A stretch of 64,000 bases of DNA from Bacteroidota bacterium (GTDB lineage Bacteria; Bacteroidota; Bacteroidia; Flavobacteriales_F; PHOS-HE28), in the NCBI GenBank assembly GCA_029573495.1, contig JAKQEI010000094.1, positions 46,165 to 110,164 of the forward strand. Direction: 5' to 3'. A program made the position numbers and the translations under genes. The notes under the pieces are model-generated. The model was not told the origin of the DNA. It was given only the letters and a program-made list of their open reading frames with translations, and made no database searches. The first letter of the stretch is position 1; every line of letters starts with the position of its first letter. Positions 31,794-38,509 of this stretch are shown here, piece after piece.

Positions 31794-31824
31794 AGCCCCG
31801 GATGACGGGGCTTCTTGCTTTTTG
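31794..31824 (+). terminator. rho-independent terminator
   Basis: AGCCCCG / CGGGGCT stem with a GATGA loop, followed by TCTTGCTTTTT. Confidence 0.65.
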
Positions 31825-31881
31825 ATCGGGTGTTGTAACTCCGTTGATGGCTGACCGTCCTATGAGCAGAACCCCACGACC

Positions 31882-32883
31882 ATGAAGAAGCACTTCCTCC
31901 TCCTGGCCATGCTCACCGGAGCCATCGCAGGAGCCGCACAGACCGACAGCACCGAAGCTCCCAGCACACACCGACTGGAGCTCGGCGTGAATTCGAAGGA
32001 CGGTGGTTTCGCGCGTATCGCCAGCGATCCGGATTCCACCGACAAGCCGAGCCCGCTCGTGATCAACACCAAGCGCAAGAAGATCACCATCACCAGTGAG
32101 GACCGCGACTGGATCACCCAGGAGGACAGCGTGCAGGATGTGCTGAAGGAATTGCGCAAGGAACGCCGCAACCAGTTCTCGTACTGGAGCGGTGTGGATG
32201 TCGGCTTCAACGCCCTGCTCGGTCCCGATAACAGTGGCGACTTCCCCCGCGAGTACGACTTCCTGCAGCTCGATCAAGCCCGCTCGCGCTTCGTGTCCAT
32301 CAACTTCATGGAACAGAAGATCGAGTTCGGCTCGCACCACGTCGGACTGCTCACCGGCCTGGGCTGGGAGTTCACCAACTACCGCTTCAAGGAGAACAGC
32401 ATCATGCAGTTCGAAGGCGACACCATCACCGCCTTCGCGGTGGATCAGCCGCAGTTCATCAAGAGCAAGTTGCGCCAGAGCGGCTTCCGCGTTCCGCTGA
32501 TGCTCGAGTTCAACACCAAACGCGCGAAGATGCCCACTGCCGGGGAGGTCATCGCCGCCGCCGCGGATACCGTGGGTGGCAAGGAGCCGCGCGACTTCAA
32601 GTTCAGCAACAAGAAGAACTTCCACCTGGCCGCCGGTGTGGTGGGCACCTGGTACTACGACAGCATGTACAAGCAGAAGTACCGGATGGACGGCAGCATC
32701 CAGAAGGACATCGACAAGGGCGAGCACAAGCTGCTGCCCTATCGCCTCGCCGCCTCCGCGCGCATCGGTTACGGCAGCCTCAACCTCTTCGCCGAGTATG
32801 CGCTCACACCGCTCTTCAAGGACAACATCGTACCGGAGCTCACGCCTTTCAATGTAGGTATCACGATCATCGGGTTCAACTAG
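31882..32883 (+). CDS. outer-membrane beta-barrel protein of unknown function
   Basis: 333 aa. Signal peptide MKKHFLLLAMLTGAIAGAAQ, alternating strand pattern, and a C-terminal ...GITIIGFN aromatic terminus. Confidence 0.7.
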   Translation: MKKHFLLLAMLTGAIAGAAQTDSTEAPSTHRLELGVNSKDGGFARIASDPDSTDKPSPLVINTKRKKITITSEDRDWITQEDSVQDVLKELRKERRNQFSYWSGVDVGFNALLGPDNSGDFPREYDFLQLDQARSRFVSINFMEQKIEFGSHHVGLLTGLGWEFTNYRFKENSIMQFEGDTITAFAVDQPQFIKSKLRQSGFRVPLMLEFNTKRAKMPTAGEVIAAAADTVGGKEPRDFKFSNKKNFHLAAGVVGTWYYDSMYKQKYRMDGSIQKDIDKGEHKLLPYRLAASARIGYGSLNLFAEYALTPLFKDNIVPELTPFNVGITIIGFN

Positions 32884-32932
32884 CGCATCGGTCAGCCGCA
32901 ACGCGCTACGAGGGGTTGTACCCGCGGCGGAA

Positions 32933-32966
32933 GGGCTGCTTCGAAAGAGGCGGCCCTTTCTTGTTG
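32933..32966 (+). terminator. terminator hairpin with GNRA tetraloop
   Basis: GGGCTGCTTC-GAAA-GAGGCGGCCC (10 bp including two G-U pairs), followed by TTTCTTGTTG. Confidence 0.55.
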
Positions 32967-33118
32967 TGCGATCGGGTTGAACAGGTGAGGTAAGTTCGCG
33001 TCCGAGCACGGTGGATGGGCAATGCACGCTCTGCTGTCGATCGGTCCCAATTAGCCTCTATGATCAATGGCCCTCTAGTCTACAGCAGACCGACCTTGCC
33101 GCAATTATCTTCCATATC

Positions 33119-33135
33119 TAACGTGTAACACGTTA
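33119..33135. repeat. perfect inverted repeat TAACGTGT-A-ACACGTTA
   Basis: 8-bp arms around a single central base, in the low-GC spacer about 30 nt upstream of ATG 33167. Possible operator. Confidence 0.5.
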
Positions 33136-33166
33136 CAACTCCAGGTCCCTGTTCGCGATTCGTACT

Positions 33167-33607
33167 TTGCCTAATTGTTCCCTATCCCCCCAGATGGAAC
33201 TGCAAACTGACTTGGATACGTTGGAGATCCCTGTGGCCGGATATTTCGGAGGCGTGAGCAACAACTACCTGGATACGCTCCGAGCGGATTATGCATTCGT
33301 CATTACCCAAGAGCCATTCTTTAAAAGTCGTCCGATCGCGCACGCGGAAGATGAACGGCCGACCCAAGAAGAATGGGACTTCGTGTGCTACCCCAATCCA
33401 GCCAAGGACGAATTGTTCATCCGGCTGCCGGACGATGGACTGATGGACATCGTGTTGCATGACGCGTTGGGCAGACCCCTACTCCACCAGAGCAACGTTT
33501 CGGGTCCTTTGCATCGTCTTACCCTAGGGCGCTTGGCTGCGGGGGCATATGCCATTGAACTGACGGACGGTGTGAACAGAAAGACGAAGAAATTGATCAT
33601 TCACTGA
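33167..33607 (+). CDS. T9SS type A CTD-only fragment without signal peptide (possible 5'-truncated pseudogene)
   Basis: 146 aa. The C-terminal 80 aa (WDFVCYPNPAKDELFIRL...LAAGAYAIELTDGVNRKTKKLIIH) are paralogous to the CTD of 35377-36120. The N-terminus MPNCSLSPQMELQ has no hydrophobic signal. Confidence 0.45.
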   Translation: MPNCSLSPQMELQTDLDTLEIPVAGYFGGVSNNYLDTLRADYAFVITQEPFFKSRPIAHAEDERPTQEEWDFVCYPNPAKDELFIRLPDDGLMDIVLHDALGRPLLHQSNVSGPLHRLTLGRLAAGAYAIELTDGVNRKTKKLIIH

Positions 33608-33610
33608 GCC

Positions 33611-35221
33611 ATGCAAAGAACCTTGCTCTCGGTGCTTCTCATTTGTTCCATCGGCATAACGCTGGCGCAATCCACCTTCAATAAAATCTACAATGGGATC
33701 CCTTCCGCCAAATTCAACCTCGTTGAAATGCCAGATGGGAGCCTCATGGTCGGTTTGGGCCAGACACGAGCCATCTCTCATCTGGATATCGGTGGGAATG
33801 TGACATATACCCATTCCTACTGGGCACACCCGACGGAGATTATTACGGGATTTGCTGCAATTCGTCAGTATAGCCAGGAAGTATATCTAGTCGTCGGTGG
33901 ATATAAGATGACGTTGGACACGTGTGCCCAAAATGCACCTGCTCAAGCGTTCTACCATCCCACTATAGCAAAGGTCGATCAGTCAGGAAACGTAATGGAT
34001 CATCGCCATTACGCACTTAACGACGGATGCAGGAATGTTCTTGGAGACCTGATCGTCACCGCCGATGGAGGCATTGTGGCTTGGGGATATGAGAACAGCT
34101 TTCTGATCATGAAAGTGGGTGCTGACCTAGAGCCATTGTGGGCAAGGCGCTTTCCCTATGAAGGTGGCTTTCAGTTCATCAAAGAGCTGCCCAGTGGCGA
34201 CCTCCTTGCGGGCATTAATTTGCAAAGCGCCGGCGCGGTCGTTGCACGCATGAATTCGAACGGTGAGTTCTTATGGTGCAAGAGCTACATCCGGCCAAGG
34301 GGAATGGTACACGATGCGGTGATCGAGTCGGATGATTCATTCGTGATCACCGGCTTCACGGATAGCACGGCCTCGACCAACCCGTTCATCCCTTATCCGC
34401 CGTCCTTCCATCCCAAGCTGTTCATGATGTCGCTGAACGGACAAGGGAGCGTGCAGTGGTGCAAAGGGTATGACTCGGCTCCTGACCTATGGTACACCCG
34501 GAGTGCTTCGCATTTGGTCAAGAGCCGGGATGGGAATTATTCTATCCTCGCCACCATGGGTTACCCCGACAACTTGTTCTGGGATCGCCCATTGCTGATG
34601 AAAACGGACCTGAATGGTGACACCCTTTGGACGCGATCCATTGGAGCCCCTGGATACACGTACAACACGGTTGATCTAATTGAGCACTCTGATGGGGGCT
34701 ATCTATTTAGTGGTCAGGTTTGGGGAACCCTTCCTTGGAACTCTATGGCCGAAGCGTTCATTTGCAAGACTGATTCACTTGGTCACCCATCTTGTCATGA
34801 ACAGTACCACTCCATTGAGATCACAGACCAATTCCCGATCGACAGCAACATCGTCCTCACATCGGTGGATGGCCTTACCGTGCATCCGGCGTTCATGAGC
34901 GACACGACGTTCGCCCCTATCGCAGAGTTCGACCTCTGCTTGATCAACAGCTTGCAACCGAACCCTCGGAGGGAACCGAGTGGACCGACGGTATTGCCCA
35001 ACCCCAACACGGGCCGCTTCACCGTCCAGTTCGCGGATCCTCTCATGGCCGAGCGCTATTACAGCGTGTACGATGCCATGGGCAAATTGCTCTTGCAGCG
35101 TCGTCTTCCCCCCGGTGCCACGGTGGAAGAGGTGGACCTGTCCCGCTTCGGCAGTGGCACCTACGTGATCAAGTTCACCAGCCCCGATGGGGTGTGCCAC
35201 GAGCGCGTGGTGGTGGAGTAG
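33611..35221 (+). CDS. secreted beta-propeller-repeat (SBBP-like) protein with T9SS type A sorting domain, large paralogue 1
   Basis: 536 aa. Signal peptide MQRTLLSVLLICSIGITLAQ, repeated ...D.SFVITG.T.. motifs, and CTD LPNPNTGRFTVQF...GTYVIKFTSPDGVCHERVVVE. Confidence 0.85.
   Translation: MQRTLLSVLLICSIGITLAQSTFNKIYNGIPSAKFNLVEMPDGSLMVGLGQTRAISHLDIGGNVTYTHSYWAHPTEIITGFAAIRQYSQEVYLVVGGYKMTLDTCAQNAPAQAFYHPTIAKVDQSGNVMDHRHYALNDGCRNVLGDLIVTADGGIVAWGYENSFLIMKVGADLEPLWARRFPYEGGFQFIKELPSGDLLAGINLQSAGAVVARMNSNGEFLWCKSYIRPRGMVHDAVIESDDSFVITGFTDSTASTNPFIPYPPSFHPKLFMMSLNGQGSVQWCKGYDSAPDLWYTRSASHLVKSRDGNYSILATMGYPDNLFWDRPLLMKTDLNGDTLWTRSIGAPGYTYNTVDLIEHSDGGYLFSGQVWGTLPWNSMAEAFICKTDSLGHPSCHEQYHSIEITDQFPIDSNIVLTSVDGLTVHPAFMSDTTFAPIAEFDLCLINSLQPNPRREPSGPTVLPNPNTGRFTVQFADPLMAERYYSVYDAMGKLLLQRRLPPGATVEEVDLSRFGSGTYVIKFTSPDGVCHERVVVE
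34997..35221 (+). repeat. 225-bp CTD-coding module, copy 1 (partner 37461-37685)
   Basis: By-eye alignment shows about 20 substitutions over 225 nt, mostly synonymous, including an identical run of about 60 nt. The module is high-GC although the gene bodies are low-GC. Confidence 0.85.
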
Positions 35222-35235
35222 GTGTAGCTGGTTAG

Positions 35236-35373
35236 CTTTATAAGCGGCCAATGTCAACGACCGTCGCCGAACGGGTCTATTATAACCCTGTGGAGCACCT
35301 TGCAATGGGCACTTATTGGCTGCAGGTATCCGATGGAAACCATCGGAAAGTCAAGAAACTCATAATCCAATAG
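35236..35373 (+). pseudogene. relic of a T9SS CTD (last ~40 codons) in the spacer
   Basis: The frame ending at TAG 35371-35373 reads ...MSTTVAERVYYNPVEHLAMGTYWLQVSDGNHRKVKKLIIQ*. Compare LAKGLYYVRVSAGLSTKVKKLIIQ* (36120) and LAAGAYAIELTDGVNRKTKKLIIH* (33607). An upstream in-frame stop lies at 35233-35235. Confidence 0.6.
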
Positions 35374-35376
35374 GCC

Positions 35377-36120
35377 ATGAGATACTCAATGACGATAACT
35401 CTGTTAGCCGCAAGTGTTCTTGCGACTAGTGCTCAGCAGCCGTTCATGAGGACCTATTATACGGCGACGAGCTATTCCATCGATCTGATCGAGCTTCCCG
35501 GTCAAAGGATCCTGACCCCAATGGGTGCCCTGCTTCTGTTGGATGAGGAGGGCTCCGTGCTGCGGAGGAGCGCATATCACGGTGGTGGCACTTATCTGGT
35601 TCAGACCTTGAAACCTGCCACATCCAATGAGTTCTATTTTACCAGTGGTACAATTGCGGCCATGTGTCCCGCTACAGGTGGCAACTCGTTGATCCGTCCG
35701 GTCTTGGGGAGGATGGATTCACTAGGACGTGTGCAAACTATGAAATACTACGAGTTGAACTCGGGGCTGTGCTCGGGCACTCCTGAGGGGTTGGAGGTGT
35801 TGGATGACAGGGGAGCCATCACATGGGGGCGCGGGCTCAACTTCTTTGCATTCAAGGCCGATTCGATAGAACCCATACCATCGGAATGGGACTTCGAGAT
35901 ATTCCCAAACCCAGGTCACACCGAAGTCTTCTTGCACCTGTCAGGGGATGCCCCGAAGGACATCCTGCTATTCGACCCTTCCGGACGTCGGATCCAAGCC
36001 ATGAGCAATATCACGAGCACACCATGTCGGCTAATGGTGGGCCACTTGGCCAAGGGACTCTACTACGTGCGCGTATCAGCAGGGCTTTCAACGAAAGTGA
36101 AGAAGCTCATCATCCAGTGA
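35377..36120 (+). CDS. short paralogue: N-terminal ~170 aa of the large-type protein fused to a T9SS type A CTD
   Basis: 247 aa. Signal peptide MRYSMTITLLAASVLATSAQ. PFMRTYYTATSYSIDLIELPG...GRMDSLGRVQTMKYYEL aligns with the N-terminus of 36123-37685. CTD WDFEIFPNPGHTEVFLHL...KKLIIQ. Confidence 0.75.
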   Translation: MRYSMTITLLAASVLATSAQQPFMRTYYTATSYSIDLIELPGQRILTPMGALLLLDEEGSVLRRSAYHGGGTYLVQTLKPATSNEFYFTSGTIAAMCPATGGNSLIRPVLGRMDSLGRVQTMKYYELNSGLCSGTPEGLEVLDDRGAITWGRGLNFFAFKADSIEPIPSEWDFEIFPNPGHTEVFLHLSGDAPKDILLFDPSGRRIQAMSNITSTPCRLMVGHLAKGLYYVRVSAGLSTKVKKLIIQ

Positions 36121-36122
36121 CC

Positions 36123-37685
36123 ATGCGGAACTACCTCCTACTTCTGGTGTCCTTCGCTTCTATGTCGTCACTACGGGCACAGGATACATTTGAGCGTATC
36201 TACTATTCAACCACTTCACGCCAGAGGAACCTGATCGAGTTGAACAGTGGGAATATTCTGGCTGCCTTTAGCTGGTACCCTGGTGTTTCCTTGTTGGACC
36301 CCGCTGGCAACTTCATCGAGTCCAAGTGCTTCTATGGCGACTCGGTATTGACAATGGCCTCGATCAAGAAGTACTCTACTAACGAATTCTATTTCGCGAC
36401 CACCTATCGAAAAGATTCATGTACGATGTCCGGGTCTATTATGGTCCAGCATTCAAGACCGGCGATCGGGCGTATGGATTCTTTAGGTAACATCACCGAC
36501 TTGCGGCACTATGCCTTGAACGCGGCCTGTGGCAACTTCCCTGGTGATCTCGAGCTTCTACAGGACAAAGGAATGGCTGCCTGGGGATCGAAAGACCGGC
36601 TATTTCTTCTACGCATCGATTCGTTGGGTGATCCTCTTTGGGCAAGACGTTTTGAACGAGAAGGAACCTTCCAGTTCGTCAAGGAGTTGTCCGGAGGGGA
36701 TCTACTGGCGGGCTTCGATCTGGATTCGGTCGGCGCTGTCGTGGCGCGGTTCGACCCTGAGGGCAATTTCATCTGGTGCAAGAGCTACATGCGTCCCTTG
36801 GGCCGGATCCACGATCTGGTGATCGAATCGGATGATTCGTTCGTGATCACGGGCTATACTGGAAACACCCCCTACAAGCTGTTCATGATGAAGTTGAACG
36901 GCAATGGCGAGGTGCAATGGTGCCGGGGTTACGATAGTCCACCCAATGGCTGGGGCAACCTTTACCGCTCGCGGCTACGGCGAACCTTGGACGGGAATTA
37001 TGTGTTTCTCGCTACACTGGGCTCTCCGACTTGGCCATATTATATCAGCCGTCCTTTCCTGATGAAGACCGACACGAATGGGGATACGCTTTGGACACGA
37101 TCGGTTGGCGCCGCCGGATTCATCTATAACACGGGGGATCTTCTCGTTTGTTCGGATGGTGGATTCATGTTCAGCGGTACGGTACTGGGTGATCTTCCGG
37201 AGAACCAATCGGGGCTTCCGTTCATTTTCAAGGCGGACTCGAACGGCCACTTCCCATGCAATGAGCGCGAACAGCAAGTGGAGATCGTGGACCTGTTCCC
37301 GACCGACAGTGCGATCGTACTCGCCTCCGTGGACGGGGCCACAGTACATCCAGCGTTCGTGAATGACACCACTCTCGCGCCGTTGAGCGTTTATGACGCG
37401 TGCATGTACACTCCGGTGGAGACATATAGCAGGCAATACCCTAACCGACCAACCATACGTCCCAACCCCAACACCGGCCGCTTCACCGTCCAGTTCGAGG
37501 ATCCACTCATGGCCGAGAGTTATTACAGTGTGTATGATGCCATGGGCAAGTTGCTGCTGCAACGCCGGGTGCCGCCCGGTGCCATGGTGGAAGAGGTGGA
37601 CCTGTCCCGCTTCGGCAGTGGCACCTATGTGATCAAGTTCACCAGCCCGGACGGGGTGTGCCACGAGCGGGTGGTGGTGGAGTAG
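36123..37685 (+). CDS. secreted beta-propeller-repeat (SBBP-like) protein with T9SS type A sorting domain, large paralogue 2
   Basis: Track ORF 35823-37685. The signal peptide begins at ATG 36123 (MRNYLLLLVSFASMSSLRAQ). Long blocks are shared with 33611-35221 (LWARRF..EG.FQF.KEL..GDLLAG, VVAR....G.F.WCKSY, VIESDDSFVITG). Confidence 0.85.
   Translation: MRNYLLLLVSFASMSSLRAQDTFERIYYSTTSRQRNLIELNSGNILAAFSWYPGVSLLDPAGNFIESKCFYGDSVLTMASIKKYSTNEFYFATTYRKDSCTMSGSIMVQHSRPAIGRMDSLGNITDLRHYALNAACGNFPGDLELLQDKGMAAWGSKDRLFLLRIDSLGDPLWARRFEREGTFQFVKELSGGDLLAGFDLDSVGAVVARFDPEGNFIWCKSYMRPLGRIHDLVIESDDSFVITGYTGNTPYKLFMMKLNGNGEVQWCRGYDSPPNGWGNLYRSRLRRTLDGNYVFLATLGSPTWPYYISRPFLMKTDTNGDTLWTRSVGAAGFIYNTGDLLVCSDGGFMFSGTVLGDLPENQSGLPFIFKADSNGHFPCNEREQQVEIVDLFPTDSAIVLASVDGATVHPAFVNDTTLAPLSVYDACMYTPVETYSRQYPNRPTIRPNPNTGRFTVQFEDPLMAESYYSVYDAMGKLLLQRRVPPGAMVEEVDLSRFGSGTYVIKFTSPDGVCHERVVVE
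37461..37685 (+). repeat. 225-bp CTD-coding module, copy 2 (partner 34997-35221)
   Basis: See copy 1. Confidence 0.85.
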
Positions 37686-37719
37686 CCAGCTTCCCCCACC
37701 CCCTTCCATCACTTCCCGC

Positions 37720-37727
37720 TATTTTTG
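37720..37727 (+). promoter_or_regulatory. Bacteroidota-type -7 promoter box TAnnTTTG
   Basis: TATTTTTG lies 25 nt upstream of ATG 37753. No clear -33 TTG was seen. Confidence 0.4.
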
Positions 37728-37752
37728 CGGTTTCCAACCTGAACGCACCGCC

Positions 37753-38505
37753 ATGGGCCGCATTTTCGAGAAACGCAAGCACAAGATCTTCGCCCGCAAC
37801 GCCAAGCTGAGCAAGCTCTTCACCCGCATCGGCAAGGAGATCGCCATGAGCGTGAAGGCCGGTGGGCCCAACCCCGAGGCCAACTCCCGGTTGAAGATGG
37901 CCATCCAGAACGCCCGTGGGGCCAACATGCCAAAGGACAACATCGACCGCGCCATCAAGAAGGCGGCAGGCGGTGGCGAGGCGGACTACAGCGAAATGAC
38001 CTATGAGGGCTACGCGCCCGGCGGTGTGGCGGTCTTCGTGGAAACGGCCACCAACAACCCCACGCGCACCGTGGCCAACGTGCGCAGCTTCTTCAGCAAG
38101 TGCGATGGCACCCTGGGCACGAGCGGTTCGCTCTCCCATGTCTTCGACCGCAAGGCGGAGTTCGTGATCGAGACCGCCGCCCTGAAGGACAAGGACTCCG
38201 ACGAGTTCGAGATGGAGTGCATCGACGCCGGCGCCGAGGACGTGATCCACGACGAGGAAGGCATCGTGATCCTGGCACCCTACACCGCTTTCGGCAGCAT
38301 GGCCCAGAAGCTCGAACAGCTCGGCGTGGAATCGAAGAGCGCCGAGCTCAAGCGCTTCCCGCTCTCCACCATCCCGGTGGACCTGGACACCGCCAAGAAC
38401 GTGATGAAGCTCGTGGACATGCTGGAGGACGACGACGACGTGAACGCCGTCTACCACAACATGGAGCTCACCGAGGAGGTGGAGGAGGCGCTCGCCAACG
38501 GCTGA
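37753..38505 (+). CDS. YebC/PmpR-family DNA-binding transcriptional regulator
   Basis: 250 aa. The N-terminus MGRIFEKRKHKIFARNAKLSKLFTRIGKEI...NPEANSRLKMAIQNARGANMPKDNIDRAIKKA is characteristic of the family. Confidence 0.92.
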   Translation: MGRIFEKRKHKIFARNAKLSKLFTRIGKEIAMSVKAGGPNPEANSRLKMAIQNARGANMPKDNIDRAIKKAAGGGEADYSEMTYEGYAPGGVAVFVETATNNPTRTVANVRSFFSKCDGTLGTSGSLSHVFDRKAEFVIETAALKDKDSDEFEMECIDAGAEDVIHDEEGIVILAPYTAFGSMAQKLEQLGVESKSAELKRFPLSTIPVDLDTAKNVMKLVDMLEDDDDVNAVYHNMELTEEVEEALANG

Positions 38506-38509
38506 CCCT

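Noticed and set aside
34997-37685. Diversity-generating retroelement (template/variable repeat) as an explanation for the two near-identical 225-bp segments.
   Set aside because: The substitutions are spread over all four bases and are mostly synonymous third-position changes, not adenine-specific. No reverse transcriptase or accessory gene is present in the window.
32970-37690. The two low-GC segments (about 33.0-37.5 kb and 59.55-61.7 kb) as a mobile element, prophage or integrative island.
   Set aside because: I could find no integrase, transposase, tRNA attachment site, phage gene or flanking direct repeats. The gene content is paralogous to native-looking neighbours. Horizontal origin remains possible, but a mobile element cannot be supported.
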